Assembly (NCBI GenBank): GCA_964016885.1 | Contig: OZ024742.1 | Location: forward strand, 278,070,001 to 278,134,000 | Direction of reading: 5' to 3' | Length of the DNA: 64,000 bases | Origin: Eledone cirrhosa | Lineage: Eukaryota | Shown here: positions 23,478 to 36,536 of the stretch, in pieces | Layout of the letters: the number at the start of each line of letters is the position of its first letter | How positions within the stretch are numbered: the first letter of the stretch is position 1 | Notes under the pieces: model-generated | Seen by the model: the letters and a program-made list of their open reading frames with translations, nothing else | The model's database searches: none | What the model was told of the DNA's origin: nothing | Program-made: the position numbers and the translations under genes

Positions 23478-25062
23478 ATCTTCCAGGAAGATAGTTTGTC
23501 CCCTCTGTTGTTTGTTCTTGCCCTGATCCCCCTGACCATTATACTGCGAAAAGTGAGAGCAGGATACAAGTTGGGAAAGGGAGAGCTTACCATCAATCAC
23601 CTGCTCTTCATGGACGATCTTAAACTCTTTGCGAAGAGTGAGAAGCTTGTTGACACTGTCCGTATTTTCAGCAATGATATATGTATGCAATTTGGTATTA
23701 GTAAGTGTGGAGTCCTTGTGATGAAGAGGGGGTAAATTGAGTAGAAGCAACGGAATCCAGGTACCAACAGGTGAGATGATAAAGGAAATTGATGCTGAAG
23801 AGAGATACAGACATTTAGGTGTTCTGGAGGCTGACTAGATAGTAAGGAGCGTACTAAAGTCACATCTGAACAGTAGGAATGCCATAAGTGCAGTAAATTC
23901 CCGAGCTGTGTCTATTATTAGGTACAGTGCGGGAATTCTGAGATGGAATGTTGCTGAACAAAAAGAAATGGATAGGAAGACTAGGAAGCTATTGACTATC
24001 TACAACATGTTCCACAAGAGGAGTGATGTCGATAGACTCTACTTAAGGAGATCTGAAGGTGGAAGAGGTCTTATCAGCACAGAGGACTGTGTTCAGATGG
24101 AGAAAAACAACCTACACAAATACGTGACTGATAGTAGGGAGCCAATGCTCAGAATTGTACTGAAGGAGAGGACAATAGACCAGGGGATATCCAACGAGGA
24201 AATAACAACAAGGAGAAAGAGCAACCTTCATGAAAAATCTCTTCATAGTACCTTCTTTGAGAAAACTGAATTTAGAGATCCACAGACATAGAACTGGTTA
24301 AAAAGAGGAGACCTTAAAAAGGCTACAGAAGGAATGCTAATGGCTGCGCAAGAGCAGGCCCTCAGAACGAAGTGGGTGAAACACTATATTTACAAGGAGG
24401 AGGCTAGCCAACTGTGTAGGATCTGTGGAGAGAGAGAGAGGAGACTGTGGCTCACAGTTTCCGAGTGTAAACACCTAGCCCAGACCCACTATAAAGGCTG
24501 GAGACATGATGTGATGGGAAGGGAGATCCACTGGCACCTATGCAAAGTAAACAATTTATCACATTCTGAGAAGTAGTATGAGCATAAGCCAGAGTCGCTG
24601 ATGGAAAACGATGAGGTGAAGGTGCTGTGGGATTTTAGGATACAGACGGACAAGAAACTGGAACACAATAGACCTGACCTGGTGGTTTTGAACACGGGAA
24701 AAAGATCGTGCCTGATTGTGGATGTAGCCTGCTCATTCGACACGAGAGTGCAAGAGAAGGAGAGGGAGAAAATTAACCGATACCAGGACTTAAAGTGGGA
24801 GGTAAAAATGATTTGGAACTGCCATGAGATCAAAGTGGTCCCGATTGTCATAGGCGCACTAGGTACTATCTCAAAGAGTTTCCAAGAATGGTTAAACAAA
24901 ATTAGTCCAGCCCCGCTTTTTGGAACACTTCAAATTGTATGGTTGCTGGGAACAGCAATATCCCTCCGATACGTCCTGAATATCTGAGGCTGCAGGTAGT
25001 GGCTTGATATTCATTTCAACAAACTTTCCAGTTAAATAAGATCAATGACTGAGACGCATTGA
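23478..25062 (+). mobile_element. R4/Dong copy B, 5'-truncated, internally deleted and more diverged
   Basis: Starts at IFQ(E)DSLSP directly after copy A's AAT tail; several stops and indels; same 3' UTR. Confidence 0.92.
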
Positions 25063-25088
25063 ACAATAACAATAATAATAATAATAAT

Positions 25089-25146
25089 GATTTCTTTATT
25101 AACCACAAGGGTTTACATAAAGTAGACATTAAGGACAGTGCAGGAC
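25089..25146 (-). mobile_element. ~57-bp 3'-terminal fragment of the Tx1 element
   Basis: Matches 11917-11973 (tttctttattaaccacaagggtttacataaagtagacattaaggaca) and abuts (AAT)n in the same orientation. Confidence 0.9.
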
Positions 25147-25149
25147 AAT

Positions 25150-28100
25150 GATAAGAGTGTTTAAATATCGAACATAAACAGTTCGAATAACGGTGAAATG
25201 GGGACTAGAACGTCATGTGACAGACTCTCACCCAACAGGTGCCCCCTGGCTCAGCAGCAGGAACCTGACTGTCAACCAAATACTGCTGATGTTGGAGGAA
25301 GAAGAAGAAGGAAAGGGGCCAGAACCAACTGGACTAAAGAATTGAATAGAACTGTTATGCAATGTTACCTGAAAAGTAACCCCAAGGAGAGGGGCTACAG
25401 GAGACGGATGCATAACATCTGGAACGAGATTGGTCTATTTAAATTAGATGAACAAAAATTGGCCGGGCAGGCTCGGGTAATAAGAACTAATGGGTGGATA
25501 AGCGAGCTGGAACTGGAGGAACTGAGCAGAGAGAATGGCTTGGAGATGGCGGGTGTAGTATGCCAGACAAGCGAGCCAGTGGGAAATGAAGGTGAAGAGG
25601 TCCTGAGAACGGAGGAACCACCCGAAGCAGACAATGATCTGAATACTGAGATAAATAATACCTGGAACAGAGATACGGCCACTGAGGAGATGAATGCTGA
25701 CGGGCTAGGACAAGATTCGGTTGACATCCTAAATTTAGTGGTAGATGAATTGAACAATGATAGTGGGAGACCTATGAATCTAAGATTTGTAGACAGGAAA
25801 AAGTTAAAAGAAACAACAGCTAAGGTAAACAAAGTCATCCCATACCTTGAGGCGAGGAGCCTTCACCAGTGCAACAATATCCTCAAAGCAACAGCAAATA
25901 CGGTGAGGAAACTACTTGGTATAAAAGCGAGAGGAAACAACAGACAAGAAAGAGCAGAGCCGTGGTGGAAGAAGCGACTGAGTGGGCAAATCGGAGAAAT
26001 GAGAAATGACATAGGAAAGCTTGAGTCACTACTGAATGGGACACTAAAAAACATAGGCACTAAAAATAGACTGGAAATAAAATACAAAACTAGGAGGAAA
26101 AAGCTAAATATTATCATAGAGGAACTGAAGCAACGCATTGTAGCAAAGAGTGCAAAAATCAGGCGATACGAGAACAGAGTCAGTCAGTATAAACAGAACC
26201 GCATGTTCGACAACAACCAGAAGATGCTGTTTGGACAGCTTGAGGGGAAAGAAAGAGGCAACGACTTGATCCCTGGGGCGGAGCAAACTAAAACATTCTG
26301 GAGAGGAATATGGGAGCAGGATGTTAGACATAATGTCCAGGCAGGGTGGATTGAGACAGTACAGAGGGAGATCGGTGAGCAGGCACACCAACAAACTGAT
26401 TTGAGTATCACAGTTGAAACTCTTAAGGGGCAGGCCAAAAAACTAACCAACTGGAAATCACCAGGCCCAGATGGTGTGCAGGGGTATTGGATTAAAAATT
26501 TAACATCCCTCCACCCTAAGCTGACGGCCATGTTCAATGACTGCTTGGTGTCGGGTGAGGTGCCAGAGTGGTTGACAGAAGGTACCACAGTTCTGATAAT
26601 GAAAGACCGAATCAAGGGTAATGATGTTACCAACTATAGACCTATCACATGTCTGTCCGTAATGTGGAAACTGTTGACGAGCATTGTGTCTGAGGAAATC
26701 TACCATCACCTCCACACAAACAACTTGTTACCGGACGAACAGAAAGGATGCCGAAAGAAGTCACGTGGTACCAAGGACCAGTTACTTATTGATAAGATGG
26801 TAATGGGGAATTGCAGGAGGAGTCACACTGATCTTGCCATGGGATGGATAGACTACAGAAAGGCATTTGACATGGTGCCTCATTCTTGGATCACCAAAAG
26901 CCTGGAGATCTTCAGGGTGGCAGATAACATCAGACAGTTGCTGGGCAGGAGTATGGGGTCCTGGGAGACAGAGTTGACATCAACTGGAGTATCCTTGGGA
27001 AGCGTGAAGATCAAGAGTGGTATCTTCCAGGGAGATAGCCTGTCCCCTCTGTTGTTTGTCCTTGCCCTGATGCCCTTGACCATTATGCTGCGAAAAGTGA
27101 GGGCAGGATACAAGTTGGGAAAGGGAGAGCTTACCATCAATCACCTCCTCTTCATGGACGATCTTAAGCTCTTCGGGAAAAGTGAGAAGGAGTTGGATGT
27201 GCTTGTTGACACTGTCGGTATTTTCAGCAGTGATATATGTATGCAGTTTGGTATCAGTAAATGTGGAGTCATTGTGATGAGGAGGGGTAGGTTGAGCAGA
27301 AGTGACGGGATCCAGATACCAACAGGTGAGATGATAAAGGAAATTGTCTCTGAGGAAGGATACAAGTATTTGGGCGTTCTGGAGGCTGATGGCATAAAGA
27401 ACAAAAAAATGAAGGAATTGTTAAGAACTGAATACATTCGGAGAGTAAGGAGCGTATTGAAGTCACATCTGAACAGCAGAAATGCCATAAGCGCAGTAAA
27501 TTCCCGAGCTGTGTCTATTATTAGGTACAGTGCGGGAATTCTGAGATGGAATGTTGCTGAATAAAAAGAAATGGATAGGAAGACTAGGAAGCTATTGACT
27601 ATCTACAACATGTTCCACAAGAGGAGTGATGTCGATAGACTCTACCTAAGGAGATCTGAGGGTGGAAGAGGTCTTATCAGCATAGAGGACTGTGTTCGGA
27701 TGGAGAAAAAACAACCTATACAAATACGTGACCTATAGTAAGGAGCCAATGCTCAGAACTGTACTGAAGGAGAGGACAGTAGGCCAGGGGATGTCCAAGG
27801 AGGAAATAACATCAAGGAGGAAGAGCAGCCTTAAGGGAAAATCCCTTCATAGTACCTTCTTTGAGAAAACTGAATTTAGAGATCCACAGACATGGAACTG
27901 GTTGAGAAGAGGAGACCTCAAAAAGGCTACAGAAGGAATGCTAATGGCTGCGCAGGAGCAGGCCCTCAAAACGAAGTGGTTGAAGCACCATATTTACAAG
28001 GAGGAGGCTAGCCCACTGTGCAGGATCTGTGGAGAGAGAGAGGAGACTGTGGCTCACATTGTGTCCGAGTGTAAACACCTAGCCCAGACCCACTATAAGG

Positions 28101-28665
28101 GCTGGAGACACGATGTGATGGGCAGGGTGATCCACTGGCACCTGTGCAAAGTAAACAATTTACCACACTCTGAGAAATGGTATGAGCATAGGCCAGAGGC
28201 GGTGATGGAGAACAATCGGGTGAAGGTGCTGTGGGATTTTAGGATACAGACGGACAAAAATCTGGAACACAATAGACCTGACCTGGTGGTTGTGGACAAA
28301 GAAAAAAGATCGTGTCTGATTGTGGATGTGGCCTGCCCTTTTGACACGAGAGTGCAAGAGAAGGAGAGGGAGAAAATTAACCGATACCAGGACCTAAAGT
28401 GGGAGGTGAAAAGGATTTGGAACTGCCATGAAGTCAAAGTGATCCCGATTGTCATAGGCGCACTGGGGACTATCTCCAAAAGTTTCCAGGGATGGTTAAA
28501 GAAAATCGGCCCAGTCACGCTTTTTGGAACGCTTCAAAAGGCATGCTTGCTTGGAACAGCAAGAACCCTCCGATACGTCCTGAATATCTGAGGCTGCAGG
28601 TAGTGGCTTGATATTCATTCCAACGGACTTTCCAGTTAACCAACATCAATGACTGAGATTCAAGG
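25150..28665 (+). mobile_element. R4/Dong copy C (full coding length; premature TAA at 27562, +1 frameshift at ~27710)
   Basis: ORFs 25198-27564 and 27692-28591; very similar to copy A. Confidence 0.92.
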
Positions 28666-28698
28666 AATAACAACAATAATAATAATAATAATAATAAT

Positions 28699-29181
28699 AT
28701 GAGAATAAGCCAGAGTCGGTGATAGAAAACGATGAGGTGAAGGTGCTGTGGGATTTTAGGATACAGACGGACAAGAAACTGGAACACAATAGACCTGACC
28801 GGGTGGTTGTGGACAAAGAAAAAAGATCGTGCCTGATTGTTGATGTGGCCTGCCCATTCGACACGAGAGTGCAAGAGAAGGAGAGGGAGAAAATTAACCG
28901 ATACCAGGACTTAAAGTGGGAGGTAAAAACGATTTGGAACTGCCATGAAGTCAAAGTGGTCCCGGTTGTCATAGGCGCACTAGGTACTATCTCAAAAAGT
29001 TTCCAGGGATGGTTAAATAAAATTGGCCCCGCCACGCTTTATGGAACGCTTCAAAAGGCATGCTTGCTGGGAACAGCAAGAACCCTCCGATACGTCCTGA
29101 ATATCTGAGGCTGCAGGTAGTGGCTTGATATTCATTTCAACAAACTTTCCAGTTAACTAACATCAATGACTGAGACTCAAA

Positions 29182-29182
<1 letters not shown>
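28699..29182 (+). mobile_element. R4/Dong copy D, 5'-truncated (endonuclease domain and 3' UTR only)
   Basis: ORF 28719-29108; (AAT)n on both sides. Confidence 0.92.
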
Positions 29183-29226
<44 letters not shown>

Positions 29227-29677
29227 CAACAACAGGTGATACTACTACATGACAAGGAAATATGAAAATTATACAATAGCCAGCGCATGATGCAATAATA
29301 TGATATAAAAGCAGAAAGAAATATGTGACAAAGAATTGTTTTAGAATAGAGAATATCCGAATATCCACCAATTCTCAATAACAAATTAAAGAATATAATA
29401 CAAGTTGAGAGGGTAAAAAGATATAACATCGGAACTATAATCTTCGAAAATACCCGAAATTATAGAGAAATATTATATCTGATTGTTGTTGTTATAGTTC
29501 TTGTTGCCAACCAGCGAGATGAGAAAAGATGAGATGAGAAGATGTATGTAGAAAACTCATCGATGTAAATTATTGTTAAACAAGAAAATAAGAAAATGAT
29601 ATAAGCAAAACAGTAATTTGGTTAGAGAGAAAGGCTATAGACCAAGAATAGAAAACGAGACAAAAATGTAACTTAAT

Positions 29678-29755
<78 letters not shown>

Positions 29756-31814
29756 GCAATAACGTATATAATATGTGATGATGTTACCTACGAGATGGTA
29801 TATAGATTAAATTTTAAACAAAATCCGAGGCAAAATGAAGGCAGAGACTTACAGTAGCCTCAGTAATATGGGATATAATGTATTATTATAGGATCTTGTG
29901 TAACGTAACATGCTACAGTTTCATGTAAAGGTTGTTTCTAACCAACTTCAGACCATTCTCGAATAAATAGTTCAAACCAAATGGTTTATAACTGGAAGAA
30001 ACATGTAGTTCAACTAGGCATTGCAATACTGTATAATATATATGATGTAAACTACCCCCAATGTCACTTCATTAATTTAGATTTTGTAGAACAGAGTATT
30101 TATCCAAATAAAGAGGCTTGTTTCCAACAAACTTGAGAACATTCTCGAATAACAGATAGTTTAACTTAATAGTTTATAACTGGAAATCATGATAGCATCT
30201 TCAAAATGTCACGTGTTGGGCTTGTTAACTTGAAATAATATGTATTATTATAGGATCTTGTGTAACATATATTATATCCAGGGCTGTGTACATTCCAGAA
30301 CAAACTAAATCATTAAAGATTCCTCGTCGTTTTCAGAAATTGGTATTCAGTTGTTTGATTAACTGGACGCCAAACTCGTGTATTAATCAGCAGGTATGTG
30401 ATTGAGTATTCCACTGAAACGAGTACCATTGAAGTTATGCTTCAGCAGACTCAGCGGGATGTTACATGTGACAACGGTGGTTATTTGGATTGATTATGAA
30501 AAATACAAAATGTCCTACCCTCACGCCTTAGGTTTCCGACTTATTGTGTGTCGCATTAAATTTTCAGAAGATAATAAAGTTGACGACAGCATGTTTTTTT
30601 AAGCGTTTAGGCAGGGAAGGAAGGCAGTGATAAGACTCTTCATTGCAGGGTTTCCGAGACTGACAGGTTGAAGGGAGAAGGCCCAGTACGATCACTTGCG
30701 AGAAAATTAATTCTACAAAAGGCACCAAACGAATAGGTAGTGCTGTGAAATTAGATGAGATCAAGTGGCACAGAGACTCAGAACGTATAGTGCCGTAACA
30801 AATACCACAAGATATTTCGGCCTTGACATAAAAATTTCGCAAACTTACCTTCTTTGGACTGGTATCTTATCTGTCGTCTCCAGTAGGATGGAAGTTAACG
30901 TTGACAGCGACGGGATTTCAACTCATAACGCAAAATGCTGGAACAAAGGCCACCACAAAGCATTTAATCCGATACTATAACGAATTTGCCAACATGCCGC
31001 CATTTTGTAATTATATAGAAAAGGAATAACGAAAGAGCATAAATCTATCTACACCATACGTTATACTTAAGTAAGAACGATAGCAGCAAAATAGTGAATA
31101 GAAAATGTATTAAAGTGAAAGTAAAAGATTAGAATGCGAGAATTAATGAACAAAAATAACAATATGCCAGAATCTTATTTGAAAAGTAATCACACGATTG
31201 CAAACTTAACACAACTTGCAGCAGCACATTATACAGTTGGCATGTGACAGATTTATAGAACGAAACCGTGATAATAGATAGCTATTAGCAGACATTGCAT
31301 AACACATAAGGTAGAACAAATTAGAGACTCTCAACAACAAGATTATCGACCGAACAATAAAAAAATAAGGAGAGGGAGAAAAGAAACACAAAATAGTTTA
31401 ATGGGTAACATTTTATCGGCACTCGCTTTTTGAGACCTAGGCGACATCATTTTCTGTTAATTTCTCTCGCTCCCCATCACTCTCTCTTTTTCTTTTTCTC
31501 ACTCTCTCTCTCCGATAAAAGAAACGTGTCCGAAACGACGTTAGAATATTTCATTCCTCACAGTAAATCAATTCACTGAGCTTGTCCACGAATCATGAAG
31601 ATCTGTGTCCCACACTCTCAATATCGCACACATATACGCAGCTTATTTAATATATATGTATATTGCATCGACGATTGTCCTCATTGCTTCTGCTAGACAC
31701 CACCAGAGGGCGTTAGCTCCGGTGTATTTTTAAAAATACGAAATTTTTATATCTGTATACAGCTATGCCTGAAGCTAAATACTAATTCTATCATATATAT
31801 GTATATATATATAT

Positions 31815-31942
31815 ATATTTAATATAGAAAGGCTTCTACAGGACTAGAACTGTTTCATTCCGGAGAAATCATCAGAGCTTCCTGATAATTTCTCCGGAAT
31901 GAAACGGTTCTAGTCCTGTAGAAGCCTTTCTACATTAAATAT
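31815..31942. repeat. Fold-back (~60-bp arms, 6-nt loop) containing a hammerhead (31877-31925, plus strand)
   Basis: GCTTC CTGATAA TTTCTCCGGAAT GAAA CGG ttctagtc CTG TA GAAGC; the mirror arm keeps canonical CTGATGA. Confidence 0.85.
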
Positions 31943-32005
31943 TTATACTCTGCTTTGTATTGACTACCTTACTTATTGTGGTTACCCCCGATTGAACTCG
32001 GGATA

Positions 32006-32077
<72 letters not shown>

Positions 32078-32126
32078 TATTAAAATATAAGTATTAATAA
32101 AATAGATGTTCATTTGATCAATTACA

Positions 32127-32177
32127 TTTTATTATACATATTTCGGATGTACAAAAGTACGTCCTCATCAGACAAAA
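32127..32177 (-). ncRNA. Type I hammerhead ribozyme, canonical core
   Basis: TTTTGT CTGATGA GGAcGTAC tttt GTACaTCC GAAA TATGTA TA ATAAAA: 6-bp stem I, 7-bp stem II, short near-palindromic stem III, AUA site. Confidence 0.8.
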
Positions 32178-32353
32178 TATAATGATACATGACATACCCT
32201 GAGATGTTAAATGGTTAAGATTTAATCAAGGTAGTATATTTATATTTTAATATTAATAACTCCTGAAAATTATTAACCGTTGAGTGCTTCCAATCTACTG
32301 TAAAACTCATTCTTTGACATAATCATCGAATATTGTTTAACAACTTAATACTT

Positions 32354-32396
<43 letters not shown>

Positions 32397-32824
32397 TATG
32401 TGTGTGTGTGTGTTTGTGCGTGCGTGTGTGTGTGCTCGTGTGCGTGTGCATGTGTGTGTATATCTATATATATAAAACTGATGTTGTCTGTGTGTGTGTC
32501 CTCATTTTTGCAAAGTCTATACAAATCCACACTTCAAACTTGCATTTAAATATTCCTTGCGGTCTAAAGATATTAACTGCAGCTTTTATTTTTCAATTTT
32601 CTGTTGTTAAAGGGGTGTTAGGCGCAGTTATCCATCTCCGTCGAGCATTATAATATCTGTCTGTATGTCTGATGTCTGCATAACGACATTCTGACGAACA
32701 CGTTATTGCTGACGTATTATCTTCGTTACATTCACACACACACACACACATATATACTTATATATACATATATATATACACATATATACATATACACCCA
32801 CATATATACACATATACATATTTA

Positions 32825-32857
<33 letters not shown>

Positions 32858-33013
32858 ATCTATATATATATATATATCCAAAAGTTTAAGCAAAGAATCG
32901 CTGCTCATTACTATATTTCGTTTTAATCATTTTCTAACCCACAAAAAAGAGAGAAATAAATAAAAGGGAATAAAATATATTTTTCTTTCTAATAATCGTC
33001 TTTTTCTCCCCGT

Positions 33014-33125
<112 letters not shown>

Positions 33126-33353
33126 TGGAAAAAATGAAACGAAATTTCATTTCTCACTCTTTGCATATATATATAAACTGAGGACGTGTGTGTGTATGTC
33201 CGTACCCACAGAACTTCTACAGTTTGCAACCGATTTTCTTCCAATTTAGAACAAACATGCGTTACGTTCCCAGAGTGTTTTGGACGTATACAAGTTTCAA
33301 CGTTTTGTTAATGCGGCCCCTAGATAAATATTGGTTGGCTGGTAGCTCTTAAA

Positions 33354-33410
<57 letters not shown>

Positions 33411-33739
33411 AAGACGGAGAGAGAGAGAGAGAGAGAGTGAAAGAGATCTGCGCGTTCTTTATTGTTCTCCATTCTGTAGAGGAAGAGAGAGAGAGAGGGG
33501 GGTATGAGTGAGAGAGAGAGAGAGCGAGACAAAGAGAGAGAGGGTATGAGAAAAAGGGAGAGAGGGGTTGAGAAAGAAAGAGAGTGAGGAACTTTAAGTT
33601 TTATTTATTTATCTATTCTTTACACACTGTTCAACTCTCCTCTTTCCTCAACCTGACGTCTCTTTCTCTCTTTCACAGAGACGTACTGTGACTCTGTGTG
33701 TCATATATATTTATGTCCGCGCACACACACACACAAAGA

Positions 33740-33838
<99 letters not shown>

Positions 33839-34289
33839 TTGTTATAAGAACAGATTAAAGTTTAAGCAAAGAATCGCTGCTTTCAACATTAACGGGATCT
33901 TCTGAAACTAAAAAATTCAATCTGTGAACGCAGAAGTAAATATTTCGAAGGAAAACAGGAAGACGATATTTTGGTTCGTGAAGACGTTCCCTGGCAAAGA
34001 ACGGAAAAAAAGCGAGGATAATACGTCGTTATGTGGACCGTGAAGAACAATTTCATGAAAAGACAAGACCAAGTTTATGGTATAAATGGAGTCGTTAGAC
34101 TAATATTCTATTTAAAATAACCGAATTGTAAACGAAAATGACAGAGGTTATTAAAATAGTAAAAGTAAATAGTGAAGATTTAGGCCAGTACATACGTGTA
34201 TGCGCCGACGGACATACACATACATGTACATACGCACTCACAAATACATACACCCCCACAAACAAACACACACGCGTGCGCGCCGCGCG

Positions 34290-34697
34290 CGCGTGTGTGT
34301 GTAAACCTTATGCATTTTTACAGTATTTTCACCAAACTTAAGACATAGGTTACTTATGTACTCCGGATGGTCATGGGTACTTTCATTTTTCCCTTTAACC
34401 GCTTCCTTGGAGTCGACTGAAGCATTGCAGAGCAATGCAACAAAACGTCATAACTTCTGGAGTTCGCAACCGATTTTCACAAAACTTGACACATGGGCTA
34501 CATTTGTTCTACAGATGAATGTGAACTCTCATAATTGACATATATTGAGTAGGGGACCCCTGGGGGCAGGAACCCCCTTTGGGAAAAAGCCGATGATTTT
34601 GTAAAAGTATAGTTTTCGAAGCAGCACTGAAGTATTTACATAAATGGTATACATAACTGCTATTTAATACCCGAGCAACGCCGGGTACCTCTGCTAG
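34290..34697 (+). mobile_element. Non-autonomous Helitron 3' end
   Basis: Subterminal hairpin TACCCG-agcaacgc-CGGGTA (34668-34687), then CTAG|T at 34694-34697; aaccgattttcac core motif also at ~33228. Confidence 0.65.
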
Positions 34698-34701
34698 TAT
34701 A

Positions 34702-36250
34702 TCTATAATATTATAAAGCTGAGTGTCGTGTATTATGTATGTATCATACACACCTCCCTATAGTTTCTTAGCTTTACTCTCTACGTCGCTCTTGCCTCTC
34801 TCTATAATAGATCATTCCCCCTCTCTATAATTTAACTGCTTTACTCTCTCTGTCGCTCTTCACTCTCAAATATTATAAAGCTGAGCGTCGTCTCTCTCTC
34901 TCTCTCTCCTTTTTTTCCCCTCTCTATAATTTAACTGCTTTACTCTCTGTCTCTCTTCACTCTCTATATGACAACACTTATATTTTCTGTAGAGATCAGC
35001 GTCGTATGTAAATTCAGTCAACACGTATGTATGCTACACACCTCACTATAGTTTCTTAGCTTTACTCTCTCCGTCGCTCTTCCTCTCTCTATAATAGATC
35101 ATTCCCCCACTCTATAATTTAACTGCTTTACTCTCTCTGTCGCTCTTCATTCTCAAATATTATAAAGCTGAGCGTCGTCTCTCTCTCTCTCTCCCTCTTT
35201 CATCCTCTTTATAATTTACTGCTTTACTCTCTGTCTCTCTTCACTCTCTATATGACAACACTCTTTTACTTTCCGTATCTACTTTCAATATATCAATATA
35301 TACCCAGGTTCTGCTGCACGTCGGGCTGAGGTGTGTGTGTGTGTGTGGGGGGGGGGGGGGGCAAACTCCCCAAATACCGGTCGCTCTCCGACAGGTCTGC
35401 GGTCGTACCCCTGGCAGTGAGTCTTCTGGTGTCCTCGGCCCCAGGGCTACCTCCTTACTCACCACGATAGGCGCTGAGCTGGCCAGCCGCAGGTGTGAGC
35501 CCCGCAAGTTGGAGTGGCTTTTCCAGTGCGACTCCCTTGCCGTCCTCCGAGGAAACGCCTTCTCCATTCTGTCCGCCGGAGCTGTGGGTGGCCCCATCGC
35601 GTACCATTGTAGTTGTGTATACAGATATTAACTCATCAATCTCATTATTTATATCATATAACAACATAGTGATGAGCGTCGTATGTATGTTTATTTCAAA
35701 AGGATAACCTCCTTCAAATTCGGTCAAATACATACATCAAAAGGCAACCCTCTTAGAGAGACAAAGAGTGAAAGAAACAGATTAAGAAAACTACACACAC
35801 ACACACACATCTAAAGAGAGGAGAGAGGAGAGAGAGAGAGAGAGACAGGGAAAGAGAAACAGAGCGACGGGCAACCAGGTAATACATACATCTAAAATCG
35901 TAATATAATGGTTGCAGAATGAAAATACAGACAAATATTATAATGTATGTATCCAACACACCTTTTCTGTCGTCGCTCGCATAAGTAACACCCCCCCCCA
36001 CACACACACAAATACACATACTTTCATACCTGATTTCGCCAATTGCCGGATAACATCAAAACAAAACACACAGACACACACATGCACATACACATACACA
36101 AACACACCCACACACATATCTATACTGTATATGTATGTATGTATGTAAGATCATTTCCCCTCTCTATAAATTAACTGCTTTCTCTCTAAGTCGCACTTCA
36201 CACTCTATATGACAACACTGTTTTAGTTTCCGTATCTCCCTTCAATATAT
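34702..36250 (+). mobile_element. Helitron-related element with internal duplicated blocks
   Basis: A|TC start; repeated ctctctataatttaactgctttactctct blocks, whose reverse complement lies at 55575-55632, upstream of the RepHel remnant. Confidence 0.55.
35380..35590 (+). mobile_element. CRE-like RLE retrotransposon C-terminal fragment
   Basis: ESSGVLGPRATSLLTTIG..EPRKLEWLFQCDSLAVLRGNAFSIL resembles the CRE-clade terminus (ET.G.LGP..LFQRLSLAVQRGNA.SIL). Confidence 0.65.
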
Positions 36251-36258
36251 ACAGACAC

Positions 36259-36302
<44 letters not shown>

Positions 36303-36336
36303 AGAAAGATTATGAAAACTACACACACACATCTAC

Positions 36337-36536
36337 NNNNNNNNNNNNNNNNNNNNNNNNNNNNNNNNNNNNNNNNNNNNNNNNNNNNNNNNNNNNNNNN
36401 NNNNNNNNNNNNNNNNNNNNNNNNNNNNNNNNNNNNNNNNNNNNNNNNNNNNNNNNNNNNNNNNNNNNNNNNNNNNNNNNNNNNNNNNNNNNNNNNNNNN
36501 NNNNNNNNNNNNNNNNNNNNNNNNNNNNNNNNNNNN
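36337..36536. other. Assembly gap (200 N)
   Basis: Run of N; continuity across it is not assured. Confidence 1.

Noticed and set aside
12479-29035. Antisense and alternate-frame ORFs within the LINEs
   Set aside because: Shadow ORFs with no independent motifs.
31509-31545. Degenerate HHR-like motifs (also ~3805-3832, 48248-48325, 58555-58600 and 59385-59435)
   Set aside because: Two or more core or stem defects in each; may be decayed ribozymes but cannot be supported individually.
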